DNA of 40,560 nt from Gemmatimonadota bacterium (GTDB taxonomy: Bacteria > Gemmatimonadota > Gemmatimonadetes > Gemmatimonadales > Gemmatimonadaceae), in contig JAQBYI010000029.1 in the NCBI GenBank assembly GCA_027622655.1, forward strand, positions 1 through 40,560, read 5' to 3'. This document shows, in pieces, positions 25,633 through 35,893 of the stretch. Below the pieces are notes generated by a model, which ran no database searches, was not told the origin of the DNA, and saw only the letters and a program-made list of their open reading frames with translations. Made by a program: the position numbers and the translations under genes. How positions within the stretch are numbered: position 1 is the first letter of the stretch; the number at the start of each line of letters is the position of its first letter.

Positions 25633-27384
25633 TCAGTACCCCTTCCATCCACTCCCGCGCACCGCCCGGCCCGGCGTCGCGCCGGTATGGCGGCCGTCCG
25701 TCAGAACTCGTACGCCATTCACCCAGACATGCCGCACGCCCGTTGAGATCTGGTGTGGCTGCTCCGGCGTAGCTACGTCGATGATCGTTTTCTCGTCGAA
25801 TACCACGAGATCGGCGAACATCCCTTCGCGGAGCAACCCCCGGTCGCGGAGTCCAAGCCGCAGCGCGACGGCAGACGACATCTTGCGTATTGCGTCCTCG
25901 AGCGTGAGCAGCTTCTGCTCGCGGACATAGCGTCCGAGAATGCGCGGATAGCTCCCGTACGCGCGCGGATGCACCCGCCCCTTAGCGCTGTCTGGGTCAA
26001 TGCCACCGGCGTCCGTCCCGATCACAACCCACGGCTGAACAATCTGCATGCGGACGTTGTCCTCGCTCATCGTGAAGTTGAGCTTCGACAAGTCACGGCC
26101 CTCACCGAGGATGATTTCCACGATGGCCTCGGGCCACGGCTTCCTGAGGTCGGCGGCGATTTCACTTACGCGCTTGCCCTCGTATTTCGCGTACTCCGGC
26201 TTCTTGAAGTCCACCACCATGTAGCCGCCCGGCCCTTCACGCTGGCAGAGCGGAGCGCCGTTTGGATCGGCCATTTCACGCAGAATGCGGGCCCGATTGG
26301 CCGGGTCGCGCAGGTTGTCGAGGAGCTTCCCGTCTTCGCTGGCCCAGTCGGGAAAACACTCCCCGAGGTTGTTCCCGCTGAACGGGTACGGATACATCGT
26401 CGCGCCGACGTCGAATCCCGAACGGCGGGCAGAATCGATCTTGGCCACCATCCCCGATGCCTTGTTCCAGTTCCGCCGGTTCGACGCTTTCAGGTGATAG
26501 ATGTCCACGCCGACGCCGCCCTCACGGCCAATGCGAAACGCCTCGTCCATCGCCTCGAAAAGCGAGTCGTCCTCCGAGCGCATGTGCGTGATGAACTTTC
26601 CCTGATACGGTGACATCGCCTTGGCCATCTCGATCAGCTCGGTAGTTCCCGCGTACGATCCAGGCGGGTAGATGAGTGCGGTGGAAATCCCGAACGCACC
26701 ATCCTCCATGGCGTTGCGTACAATCCGTCGCATCTCATCGAGTTGCGAGCTGTTCGCCGTACCCGGCTTCTGCCCCATCACGAGTGCGCGTACGCTCGTC
26801 GCGCCCAGGTACGAACCGACATTCACGGAGTTGCCGTGCTGCTCCATCGCGCGCAGCCACGTTGCAAAACCCCGGTCGCCGCGAAAGTTCTTCTGCATGG
26901 CGGCGCGCTCGGGCGGCCACTCCTCGCCCCTAACCATGAGCGAATCGAGCAGGTCGTTCGCCGGCGCAGGCGTCGTGGCCTCGCCGAGGATTTCGGTGGT
27001 CACGCCCTGCGTCACTTTGCTGACCACGCGTCCGTCCCGCCAAAGCAGCGCGTCCCAGGAATGCGACTGGATATCAATGAATCCCGGCGCGACTACGAGC
27101 CCTGTTGCGTCGATTCTTTCGGTCGCAGACGCATCGCGCAGCCCACCAGCCGGCAAAACGGCCGCGATCCGATCCCCGCGAATGCCAACATCGCCGTAGA
27201 ACCAGGAGTTTCCCGTTCCGTCGACAACCTTGCCGTTCGAAATGATGAGATCATACCGGGCGCCGGCCGAAGGTGAAGCGCTCCCTCGCCCGGACGACGC
27301 GCACGCCGCGACGGAAAGTGAAATGGCGCACGAGGTTACGACCGCGCGGAGGATGCGCTGAGTGTGGTTTCGATGATGGGTCAT
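25633..27384 (-). CDS. N-acyl-D-amino-acid deacylase (D-aminoacylase) family amidohydrolase, lipoprotein
   Basis: Lipobox LSVAAC. Amidohydrolase fold with a D-aminoacylase-like N-terminus (DLIISNGKVVDGTGN, GFIDIQSHS) and C-terminal motifs. Confidence 0.75.
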   Translation of the reverse strand: MTHHRNHTQRILRAVVTSCAISLSVAACASSGRGSASPSAGARYDLIISNGKVVDGTGNSWFYGDVGIRGDRIAAVLPAGGLRDASATERIDATGLVVAPGFIDIQSHSWDALLWRDGRVVSKVTQGVTTEILGEATTPAPANDLLDSLMVRGEEWPPERAAMQKNFRGDRGFATWLRAMEQHGNSVNVGSYLGATSVRALVMGQKPGTANSSQLDEMRRIVRNAMEDGAFGISTALIYPPGSYAGTTELIEMAKAMSPYQGKFITHMRSEDDSLFEAMDEAFRIGREGGVGVDIYHLKASNRRNWNKASGMVAKIDSARRSGFDVGATMYPYPFSGNNLGECFPDWASEDGKLLDNLRDPANRARILREMADPNGAPLCQREGPGGYMVVDFKKPEYAKYEGKRVSEIAADLRKPWPEAIVEIILGEGRDLSKLNFTMSEDNVRMQIVQPWVVIGTDAGGIDPDSAKGRVHPRAYGSYPRILGRYVREQKLLTLEDAIRKMSSAVALRLGLRDRGLLREGMFADLVVFDEKTIIDVATPEQPHQISTGVRHVWVNGVRVLTDGRHTGATPGRAVRGSGWKGY

Positions 27385-27479
27385 GGGAGCAAAGTTGCGC
27401 CCCCGGCATGAACACCGCCAGCACGGAACTGGGCCTGATTCTGTCGCGCAGGTGGTGACTCGGGCGGTATCTTTGGTGG

Positions 27480-28265
27480 GTGTCTGCCACCCTCCTGCAA
27501 GAGCGGATTGACGGCGTTCTCAGCCTCACCCTCAATCGCCCCGAAATCCTGAACAGCTTCAACGCGGAAATGGCGCGGGAGCTTCAGGCCGCGCTCGCCG
27601 ACGCGGCGGCCGACGATACGATCCGTGCAGTACTGCTGACCGGCGCCGGTCGTGGATTCTGCGCCGGCCAGGATCTGGCCGAGGCGCTTCCCAAAGACGG
27701 CGTGATGCCGGATCTCGGCGATTTCGTTCGCACGACCTGGAATCCGATCATCCGTGCGATTCGCACTCTCGAGAAGCCGGTCGTCTGCGCTGTAAACGGC
27801 ACGGCGGCGGGCGCAGGCGCAAACGTCGCCTTTGCGTGCGACATCGTATTCGCGTCGACATCGGCGACGTTCATTCAATCATTTGCGAAGATCGGCGTGA
27901 TTCCCGACTCAGGCGGCACGTTCATTCTGCCGCGCCTGATCGGGTTGCAACGCGCGACGGCGCTCACAATGCTCGCTGAAAAGCTCCCGGCACAGCAGGC
28001 GCTGGAGTGGGGATTGGTCTACAAGCTGGCCGAACCCGACGAGCTGCAGGCCGAAGCGTTGGCGTGCGCAAAACAGCTGGCCACGCAGCCGACGCGCGCC
28101 CTTGGACTGATCAAGCGGGGTTTCAACGCGTCGCTCGGAGTATCGCTCGACACTCAGCTCGAATTTGAGGAGACGCTTCAGCGCGAAGCGGGACGCACCG
28201 CCGATTATGCTGAGGGCGTGAAGGCTTTCCTGGAAAAGCGCACGCCGAGGTTCACCGGAAAATGA
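27480..28265 (+). CDS. paaG: Enoyl-CoA hydratase/isomerase family, PaaG-like 1,2-epoxyphenylacetyl-CoA isomerase
   Basis: Crotonase fold ([29 protein letters not shown]). First gene of the paaG-H-I-J block. GTG start. Confidence 0.7.
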   Translation: MSATLLQERIDGVLSLTLNRPEILNSFNAEMARELQAALADAAADDTIRAVLLTGAGRGFCAGQDLAEALPKDGVMPDLGDFVRTTWNPIIRAIRTLEKPVVCAVNGTAAGAGANVAFACDIVFASTSATFIQSFAKIGVIPDSGGTFILPRLIGLQRATALTMLAEKLPAQQALEWGLVYKLAEPDELQAEALACAKQLATQPTRALGLIKRGFNASLGVSLDTQLEFEETLQREAGRTADYAEGVKAFLEKRTPRFTGK

Positions 28266-29491
28266 CGCAACTGACACGCGATTCCGGCAGTTGGGCCATG
28301 GTCACGGCTGCTCCAAACGACACGAAGATCGGAATTGTCGGCGCCGGCTCCATGGGCACGGGCATCGCGCAGGTCGCCGCGGCGGCTGGCTATTACGTAC
28401 TCCTCGGCGACGCGATGGCCGGTGCCGTACGCAACGCGCAGGCCAGCATTCGTTCGTCGCTCGACCGGCTCGTGGACAAGGGCCGCCTTGACGCGCAGAC
28501 GCGCGGCATGATTCTCTCGCGCATCGATTTCTACGAAGAACCGCTCGGCGTCGATATGTCGCCGTATCGCGACAGCGCGCTCGTGATCGAGGCGATCCAC
28601 GAGGATCTCAGCGCCAAGCAGGCGCTCTTTGGCGCGCTTGCGGCGGCCGTGGCACCGGGCACTGTGCTGGCGTCCAACACGTCGTCACTGTCAATCGCGT
28701 CGATCGCCAGCAGTTGCGTGCGACCCGAGCGAGTGGTGGGTATTCATTTTTTCAATCCTGCGCCGGTGATGCCGCTCGTGGAGATCGTGCCGTGGATCGG
28801 CACCGACCCCCAAGTCACCGAAGGCACGCGGTCGCTCATTGAGTCGTGGCGCAAGTCACCGGTCATCGCGGCCGATACGCCGGGATTCATCGTGAATCGC
28901 GTCGCCCGTCCGTTTTACGGAGAGGCGCTTCGCATCCACGACGAAGGGATTGCCGACTGTGCCACGATCGACTGGGCCATGAAAGAGATCGGCGGATTCC
29001 GGATGGGACCGTTTGAGCTGATGGACTTCATCGGCAACGACGTCAACTACGCCGTGACGCGGTCCATGTTCGAGAGTTGTTTCTGGGAGCCGCGCTACCG
29101 GCCGTCCCACACGCAGAAGCGACTCGTGGACGCAGGTTTTTTCGGTCGCAAGACTGGCCGCGGATTCTACCAATACGGAACGGAGCCAGCGCCGGAGCCA
29201 ACACGCGACAAGGAACTCGGGACCCGGGTGTTTGAGCGGATTCTGGCCATGCTCATCAACGAAGCAGCCGACGCCGTGTTCTATCGCGTGGCGAGCGCTG
29301 CCGACATCGACCTCGCGATGCAGAAGGGCGTCAACTATCCGAAGGGACTTCTTGCGTGGTCCGACGAACTCGGAACGTCGTGGGCGTTTGACCAGCTCCA
29401 CGTATTGCAAACCGAGTACGGTGAGGACCGCTATCGCGCGAGTCCGCTGCTCAGACGCCTGGCGCACACGAACGGGCGGTTTCACTCATGA
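28262..29491 (+). CDS. paaH: 3-hydroxyacyl-CoA dehydrogenase (PaaH-type 3-hydroxyadipyl-CoA dehydrogenase)
   Basis: Rossmann motif [14 protein letters not shown], 3HCDH N- and C-terminal domains. Confidence 0.8.
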   Translation: MTQLTRDSGSWAMVTAAPNDTKIGIVGAGSMGTGIAQVAAAAGYYVLLGDAMAGAVRNAQASIRSSLDRLVDKGRLDAQTRGMILSRIDFYEEPLGVDMSPYRDSALVIEAIHEDLSAKQALFGALAAAVAPGTVLASNTSSLSIASIASSCVRPERVVGIHFFNPAPVMPLVEIVPWIGTDPQVTEGTRSLIESWRKSPVIAADTPGFIVNRVARPFYGEALRIHDEGIADCATIDWAMKEIGGFRMGPFELMDFIGNDVNYAVTRSMFESCFWEPRYRPSHTQKRLVDAGFFGRKTGRGFYQYGTEPAPEPTRDKELGTRVFERILAMLINEAADAVFYRVASAADIDLAMQKGVNYPKGLLAWSDELGTSWAFDQLHVLQTEYGEDRYRASPLLRRLAHTNGRFHS

Positions 29492-30006
29492 CGCCGCAGA
29501 AGCCGACAGCTGGCCGCCGCGCACGCACCGGCGTGAAGACGGAACAGATCGTCGCTGAACGTGTCGTTGGCGGAATGATGGCCAAGGACGAGTTCAGCAA
29601 GTGGATGGGGATGTCGGTCGTGGACGTGCGACCGCGCACCGCGACCGTGCGGATGACAGTGCGGGCCGAGATGGTAAACGGATTCGGCGTCGCGCACGGC
29701 GGCGTGGCGTATTCGCTTGCCGACAGCGCGCTCGCCTTTGCGTCGAATACGCACGGTAAGGTGACGGTGGCGATCAACAATGCCATCAGCTACCCCGCGG
29801 CCGTCAACGTGGGCGACGTGCTGACAGCCGTTGCCGACAGCGAAGGGGAGTCGCGCCGGCTCGGCTACTACCGCGTAGTCGTGAGAAACCAGGACGACGC
29901 GATCGTGGCCACGTTCACCGGAACCGTGTACAAGACCAAGGACGATCACGGCGCGGGCCGAGCCGGCGAAACTGCGACGACAGTCGAAAACAAGGGAAGC
30001 AAGTGA
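29488..30006 (+). CDS. paaI: PaaI-type hotdog-fold acyl-CoA thioesterase
   Basis: Hotdog fold with the [12 protein letters not shown] motif. Its position in the paa block supports the call. Confidence 0.75.
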   Translation: MTPQKPTAGRRARTGVKTEQIVAERVVGGMMAKDEFSKWMGMSVVDVRPRTATVRMTVRAEMVNGFGVAHGGVAYSLADSALAFASNTHGKVTVAINNAISYPAAVNVGDVLTAVADSEGESRRLGYYRVVVRNQDDAIVATFTGTVYKTKDDHGAGRAGETATTVENKGSK

Positions 30007-31214
30007 GCGAAGCGTTCATTATCGATGGCGTGCGAACTGCGATCGGCAACCTCGGCGGATCGCTGAGCGAGGCGCGGGCCGATGATCTCGGCGCGCGCGT
30101 GATTGCCGCGCTGATGGCGCGCCACCCGAATGTCGATCCGGCCGCGGTTGAGGACGTGATCTTCGGCTGCGCGAACCAGGCCGGCGAAGACAACCGAAAC
30201 GTGGCGCGGATGGCGCTCCTGCTCGCAGGGCTGCCGGTGACGGTGGCGGGCGAAACGATAAATCGACTGTGCGCGTCGGGAATGTCGGCCGTCGCCAATG
30301 CGGCGCGGGCGGTGAAGCTAGGCGAGGGTGATCTGTACGTCGCCGGCGGAGTCGAGTCCATGACGCGCGCGCCATACGCGCTGAGCAAGGGAGCAACGCC
30401 GTTTGCGCGCGACATGCAACTGTTCGACACCTCGCTAGGGTGGCGGTTCGTCAATCCCGCAATGAAAGCGAAGTACGGTACTGACTCGATGGGAAATACC
30501 GCCGAAAATGTCGCCGAGCAGTTTCACGTGACGCGCGCCGACCAGGACGCCTTTGCGATGCGTTCGCAGCTCAAGGCGGCCAAGGCGCGCGCGGCCGGTC
30601 GTTTCGCGACCGAGATCATTCCGGTCGAGATTGCGCAACGCAAGGGTGATCCGAAGAGAGTGGACCAGGACGAGTTCATTCGGCCTGATACGACCGTTGA
30701 GATCCTGGGAAAGCTGAAACCGGCATTCCGAACCGACGGCAAGGGTTCCGTCACGGCCGGCAACGCGAGCGGGCTGAACGACGGTGCGGCAGCTCTACTC
30801 GTCGTTTCCGAAACAGCGGTCAAGCGTTTCAACCTGACACCGAAGGTGCGGGTGGTATCGAGCGCCGTGGCCGGTGTGGAGCCGCGCATCATGGGAATGG
30901 GCCCGGTGCCGTCGTCGCGCAAAGCGCTTGAACGCGCGGGCCTTAGGCTCGAGCAGATGGACGTGATCGAGCTCAACGAGGCATTCGCCGCTCAGTCGCT
31001 CGCCTGCATGCGCGAGTTGGGCATGGCCGACGACGACCCGCGTGTGAACCCGAACGGCGGCGCGATTGCCCTTGGGCATCCGTTGGGAATGAGCGGCGCC
31101 CGCCTGTTGCTCACAGCGATGCGCGAGCTTGAGGCCACGAACAAGCGCTACGCGTTGTGCACGATGTGTATCGGCGTAGGCCAGGGAATGGCCACGGTGA
31201 TTGAGCGAGTGTAG
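30003..31214 (+). CDS. paaJ: 3-oxoadipyl-CoA thiolase (beta-ketoadipyl-CoA thiolase)
   Basis: Thiolase motifs (NRLCASGM active-site Cys, NEAFAAQ, GHPLGMSGARL, CIGVGQG). Confidence 0.85.
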   Translation: MSEAFIIDGVRTAIGNLGGSLSEARADDLGARVIAALMARHPNVDPAAVEDVIFGCANQAGEDNRNVARMALLLAGLPVTVAGETINRLCASGMSAVANAARAVKLGEGDLYVAGGVESMTRAPYALSKGATPFARDMQLFDTSLGWRFVNPAMKAKYGTDSMGNTAENVAEQFHVTRADQDAFAMRSQLKAAKARAAGRFATEIIPVEIAQRKGDPKRVDQDEFIRPDTTVEILGKLKPAFRTDGKGSVTAGNASGLNDGAAALLVVSETAVKRFNLTPKVRVVSSAVAGVEPRIMGMGPVPSSRKALERAGLRLEQMDVIELNEAFAAQSLACMRELGMADDDPRVNPNGGAIALGHPLGMSGARLLLTAMRELEATNKRYALCTMCIGVGQGMATVIERV

Positions 31215-31290
31215 TTCTATTGCAGGCGAACTTGTGGACAACTACGTTCGAGCACGTTCGGATTCGAATCTCCCCACGCAAGCGGGTCAC

Positions 31291-31815
31291 ATGCCGTCGT
31301 TCATCCGCCACATCAGCTCGCCCCGGCGCGCTCTGGCTTCTTGTCTCGTCGCAATACCCATCGTGCTCTCGCTGTCTTGCGCCGGCGGGCCACCGCCGTC
31401 TCCCATCGCTATCGCCGCGCTCCCACGCGAAATCCGGGTGCAGGAATGGCCATACTGGATTGACATCCCAATGCAGGAAAAGAATGTCGATCGGATCTGG
31501 CGGGTCGTGATTGATGTGATCGGCGAGCGCGCCGCGGTCGCCGTAATGGATCGGGAAAGCGGCTACATGAGGACGGAATACAAGCCGAGCAACACGATGT
31601 ACGGGCGGGCCCCCACGGACCGCACGCTCGCCCGAACTGTCGTAGCAGCGGGTGAGGGCGCGGTCGAAGAGCGGTACACGGTCCGGATCCGGCCGCTGGA
31701 GTCGAAGATCCGCCTCGGCGTCGAAGTGCGCTTCCGTGGCACGAATGAGTACGCCGCCTGGCTCGTCAACACCAACAACTCACCCTGGACCGCAGTGTAT
31801 CGTGAGCTCCAGTAG
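31291..31815 (+). CDS. Hypothetical lipoprotein embedded in the paa operon
   Basis: Signal/lipobox (LVAIPIVLSLSCAGG). The ~175-aa product has no recognisable catalytic motif. The ORF track begins at 31201. Confidence 0.5.
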   Translation: MPSFIRHISSPRRALASCLVAIPIVLSLSCAGGPPPSPIAIAALPREIRVQEWPYWIDIPMQEKNVDRIWRVVIDVIGERAAVAVMDRESGYMRTEYKPSNTMYGRAPTDRTLARTVVAAGEGAVEERYTVRIRPLESKIRLGVEVRFRGTNEYAAWLVNTNNSPWTAVYRELQ

Positions 31816-31904
31816 CGCTTGGAGACGATGCAGTAGCGGGAACGGCACCGTGAACCCCGCGCACGCGTAGCACGAACGCGCGCACGAGCGTTCACACGAG
31901 ATTG

Positions 31905-31953
31905 GCACAGAGCACACAGACCGGGCAGATTCAGAGGTCTGTGTGCTCTCTGT
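31905..31953. promoter_or_regulatory. Long imperfect hairpin (11-bp + 7-bp stem with 2-nt bulge, 13-nt loop) 40 nt upstream of paaZ
   Basis: CACAGAGCACACAGACC (31905-31921) pairs with GGTCTGTGTGCTCTCTGTG (31935-31953). A 6-bp palindrome GAACGC-N8-GCGTTC lies at 31873-31892. Confidence 0.6.
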
Positions 31954-31995
31954 GTTCTGCGGTCACCATCAAGTCCCGAACGCCAATAACGACAG

Positions 31996-34077
31996 ATGAT
32001 CACTGCTCTCGACCTGACAGGCACCAAACCCCGCCGCCTGCTGAACTACGTCTGCGGCCAGTGGGTCGAAGGCACCGGCAAGGCCGCCCCGCTCGTACAT
32101 GCCGTCACCGGTACGCAGTTCGCAGAGGCCAGCACCGGGGGCATCGACTTCAAGCGGGTGGTGGAATACGGCCGCAAAGTGGGCGGTCCAAAGCTTCGCG
32201 CCATGACCTTCCATCAGCGCGCACTGATGATGAAAGCGATGGCGAAGCACCTGATGGAAAAGAAGGATGAGTTCTACCGAATTTCCGCGGCCACCGGAGC
32301 CACGAAACGCGATGGCTGGGTGGACATCGAAGGCGGAATCGGAACGCTCTTCGCGTACTCGTCGCGCGGCCGACGCGACTTTCCAAACGAGACGTTCCAC
32401 GTTGAAGGACCCACCGAGCCGCTCTCCAAGGGTGGGACGTTCGTCGGTCGCCACATCTGCGTGCCACTCGAAGGCGTAGCCGTACACATCAACGCCTTCA
32501 ACTTTCCCGTTTGGGGAATGCTCGAGAAGCTCGCACCCACGATTCTCGCGGGCGTACCCGCGATCGTGAAGCCGGCGTCGTTGACGAGCTATCTCACCGA
32601 GAGTGTGTTCGTGGAGATGATCGCGAGCGGGCTCTTTCCCGAGGGGAGCATCCAGCTCCTATGCGGAAGCGCGGGTGACCTGCTCGACCATCTCGACGAA
32701 CAGTGCGCCGTGGCTTTCACGGGATCGGCGGTCACCGGTCAGATGCTCAAGGTGAATAAGGCGATTCTCGCGAACAACGTACGGTTCAACCAGGAAGCGG
32801 ATTCGCTGAACTTCTCCATGCTCGGGCCTGACGCGGCACCCGGCACGGAAGAGTTCCACCTCTTCATCAAAGAGGTCGCGAACGAAATGACCACCAAGGC
32901 CGGGCAGAAGTGCACGGCAATCCGGCGCACGTTCGTTCCCGAGGGCATGCTCACTGACGTGATGGGCGCGCTGAGCAAGCGGCTTGGTGGAGTGAAAGTC
33001 GGGGATCCCGCGGTTGACGGCGTCCGAATGGGCCCGCTTGCCGGCCGGCCACAGGTCGCCGAGGTGCAGAAGAGCGTGGATCGGATTGCGTCGGTTGCCG
33101 AGCGTGTGTTCGGAACGAGCGACGATTTCGAGGTCGTAGGTGCCGACGCAACGAAGGGCGCGTTCTACCCTGCTCTGCTCTTCTATTCCAAGGATCCGTT
33201 CGACGCGACCGAGCCGCACGACGTTGAAGCATTCGGGCCGGTGAACACGGTAATGCCGTACAAGTCGGTGGATGACGCGATTGATCTCGCTCGCAAGGGT
33301 CGTGGGTCGCTCTGCGGTTCGCTATTCACGGCAGACGACGACGTGGCGCGCAAGGTCATACTCGGCACCGCCGCGTGGCACGGGCGATTGCTGATCGGCA
33401 ACCGTCACTCAGCCAAGGAAAGCACCGGTCACGGTTCGCCGCTGCCGCACCTCGTACACGGCGGTCCCGGGCGCGCCGGCGGCGGCGAAGAAATGGGCGG
33501 CGTGCGCGGCGTGCTCCATTACATGCAGCGGACCGCGTTGCAGGGCCATCCCAGCACGCTCACCCGCGTCGTACGAGAGTACATCGTGGGTGCCGACCAG
33601 AAGACCGGCGGATCGCATCCGTTCACTCGTTACTTCGAAGAGCTCGAAGTCGGTGACACGTTGATAACCGGCAAACGGACGATCACGCTCGACGACGTCG
33701 AGAAATTCGCGGCGCTGAGCGGCGACGTGTTCTACGCGCACATGAACGACGAACAGGCGACCGCTCACGGCGTGTTCGAGAAGCGCGTGGCACACGGCTA
33801 CTTCATTGTCAGCGCAGCCGCCGGGCTTTTCGTAGAGCCAGCTCTTGGGCCCGTCATGGCCAACTACGGACTCGAAAACCTCCGGTTCACCAAGCCCGTG
33901 TACCCGGGCGACACGATCCACGTGCGGCTCACGGTCAAACAGAAGACTGCGAAGGAAACGCTTCCCGACGGCGTACCGCAGGGCGTGGTCGCCTGGGACG
34001 TTGAGGTGAAGAACCAGGACGACGAAGCCGTCGCGATCTACACGATTCTTACGTTGGTGCGGCGGAAGGAAAACTAG
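31996..34077 (+). CDS. paaZ: Bifunctional PaaZ: aldehyde dehydrogenase domain plus C-terminal MaoC-like hydratase (oxepin-CoA hydrolase / 3-oxo-5,6-dehydrosuberyl-CoA semialdehyde dehydrogenase)
   Basis: 693 aa. ALDH domain with a catalytic Cys region (QKCTAIRR) followed by a MaoC hot-dog domain (FAALSGDVFYAHMNDE). Confidence 0.85.
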   Translation: MITALDLTGTKPRRLLNYVCGQWVEGTGKAAPLVHAVTGTQFAEASTGGIDFKRVVEYGRKVGGPKLRAMTFHQRALMMKAMAKHLMEKKDEFYRISAATGATKRDGWVDIEGGIGTLFAYSSRGRRDFPNETFHVEGPTEPLSKGGTFVGRHICVPLEGVAVHINAFNFPVWGMLEKLAPTILAGVPAIVKPASLTSYLTESVFVEMIASGLFPEGSIQLLCGSAGDLLDHLDEQCAVAFTGSAVTGQMLKVNKAILANNVRFNQEADSLNFSMLGPDAAPGTEEFHLFIKEVANEMTTKAGQKCTAIRRTFVPEGMLTDVMGALSKRLGGVKVGDPAVDGVRMGPLAGRPQVAEVQKSVDRIASVAERVFGTSDDFEVVGADATKGAFYPALLFYSKDPFDATEPHDVEAFGPVNTVMPYKSVDDAIDLARKGRGSLCGSLFTADDDVARKVILGTAAWHGRLLIGNRHSAKESTGHGSPLPHLVHGGPGRAGGGEEMGGVRGVLHYMQRTALQGHPSTLTRVVREYIVGADQKTGGSHPFTRYFEELEVGDTLITGKRTITLDDVEKFAALSGDVFYAHMNDEQATAHGVFEKRVAHGYFIVSAAAGLFVEPALGPVMANYGLENLRFTKPVYPGDTIHVRLTVKQKTAKETLPDGVPQGVVAWDVEVKNQDDEAVAIYTILTLVRRKEN

Positions 34078-35835
34078 ATGCGGACGCGGAATGCCATCGC
34101 GATGACTCTTGTCGTCACGGTCACCGCGGTCGTACTGAGTTGTGCGCAACAGGCGCGCCCAGCCGCACCCGACCTGATCCTCCATAACGGTCGAATCATC
34201 ACTGTGGACGCAAGCGACCGCGTGGCGCAGGCCGTGGCCGTGACGGGTTCAACGATTGTCGCAGTGGGTTCGGACGCCGAGGTGATGAAACTCGCCGACT
34301 CGCACACCCGGCGCGTGGACCTCAAGGGACGCGCCGTTACACCGGGCCTCCTTGATGCACACTCGCACTTCAGCATCAGCGGCGCCGACCGCCTGTTCGA
34401 CCTCGACGTTGGCTACCCGAACGTGAAGGGGATCCGCGACATCGTGGACTCAGTGCGCGTGCATGCCGCGTCGCTCAAGGCGGACGTATTCGTTCAGGGC
34501 CACGGATGGGACGAGGGAAAGTTCTCCGAGCGCCGGCTCATTTCCGCCACCGACCTCGACGCGGCAGCGCCAAACAATCCCGTCTGGCTCCTGAATACCA
34601 CCGGACACTACGGCGTCGCGAACAGCACGGCACTCCGGCTCGCGGGAATCACGAAGGACACGAGAGACCCGCCCAACGGGACGATTGACCGGAACCGTGA
34701 CGGGACGCCCACCGGCGTGCTCAAGGAAGCGGCGATGTCGCTCGTCACGCGACTGATTCCACCCTACTCGCGCGACCAGATCGAACAGGGCATGCGCGAA
34801 CTCTCGAAGGCGTACAACGCCGAGGGAATGACCGGGTTGAAGGATCCCGGAATCTCTGCTGAAGACTTCGACTCATACCGCCGCGTCGCCGCTGCTGGCG
34901 AACTACCGGTGCGCGTCTTCGCGCTGTTTTCCGGTGGGCGAAGCATTGCAGGTGCCGAGAGCCTCATCGCCGCCCGAGCGGCGACGGCGCGTCCGTACGA
35001 ATCCACCGGTGACGACCACGTCATTGCAGGCGGAGTGAAGCTCTTCATGGACGGCTCGGGCGGCGCGCGCACAGCGTGGATGTACGACGACTGGAACAAG
35101 GGATACACCGGCACGGATAGCGGAAACACAGGCTACCCCGCGGCGAACCCTGACACGATGCGCACGATGATCAAGCTCTTTCACGCGGCCGGCATGCACG
35201 TGAGCTCGCACGCCATCGGCGACCGCGCGATTGACTGGATCGTAGACAGCTACGCCCAGGCGCTAGGCGAACGTCCTACCAAGGGACTGCGCCACGGCAT
35301 CATTCACGCGAACATCCCGACCGATCGCGCAATTGACGAGATGGCGCGCATGCAGCGCGACTTCGATTCGGGATATCCCGAACCGTCTGCCGAGTTCCAT
35401 TGGTGGATAGGCGACACGTACGCCGGAAATTTCGGCCCACTCCGTTCGAAGCGGCTGAACCCGCTCCGGACGTTCCAGCGAAAAGGCATGATCTGGGCCA
35501 ACGGTTCCGACTACAACGTGACGCCGTTCCCCGCACGCTACGCCATCTGGACCGCGGTCGCGCGCGAGACAATGCTCGGCGTTCATGGAACGGATCCGTT
35601 TGGTCGCGACGAGTCGGTTGATGTACAGACCGCGCTCAAGGCCGTGACGATCTGGGCCGCTCACCAGATGTTTCTCGACAAGAAGATCGGCTCGATTGAG
35701 GTCGGGAAGTACGCGGACCTCGCCGTCTGGGATCGCGATCCGTACAGCGTACCGACGGTCGACCTCAAAGAGATGACCTGCTTGATGACGGTGTTCAACG
35801 GCAAGGTCGTGTACGAGGCTCCGGCGGGGATGTGA
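34078..35835 (+). CDS. Amidohydrolase-3 family metal-dependent hydrolase, lipoprotein
   Basis: Lipobox VLSCAQ. Amidohydro_3 features (HSHFS, long insert, C-terminal HGSD-like region). Confidence 0.7.
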   Translation: MRTRNAIAMTLVVTVTAVVLSCAQQARPAAPDLILHNGRIITVDASDRVAQAVAVTGSTIVAVGSDAEVMKLADSHTRRVDLKGRAVTPGLLDAHSHFSISGADRLFDLDVGYPNVKGIRDIVDSVRVHAASLKADVFVQGHGWDEGKFSERRLISATDLDAAAPNNPVWLLNTTGHYGVANSTALRLAGITKDTRDPPNGTIDRNRDGTPTGVLKEAAMSLVTRLIPPYSRDQIEQGMRELSKAYNAEGMTGLKDPGISAEDFDSYRRVAAAGELPVRVFALFSGGRSIAGAESLIAARAATARPYESTGDDHVIAGGVKLFMDGSGGARTAWMYDDWNKGYTGTDSGNTGYPAANPDTMRTMIKLFHAAGMHVSSHAIGDRAIDWIVDSYAQALGERPTKGLRHGIIHANIPTDRAIDEMARMQRDFDSGYPEPSAEFHWWIGDTYAGNFGPLRSKRLNPLRTFQRKGMIWANGSDYNVTPFPARYAIWTAVARETMLGVHGTDPFGRDESVDVQTALKAVTIWAAHQMFLDKKIGSIEVGKYADLAVWDRDPYSVPTVDLKEMTCLMTVFNGKVVYEAPAGM

Positions 35836-35893
35836 CGGCTCGGGCGAGCTTCTGCAGCGGGTGGCGTGGTCCCGCAGCGGCTATGTTTGCGCC

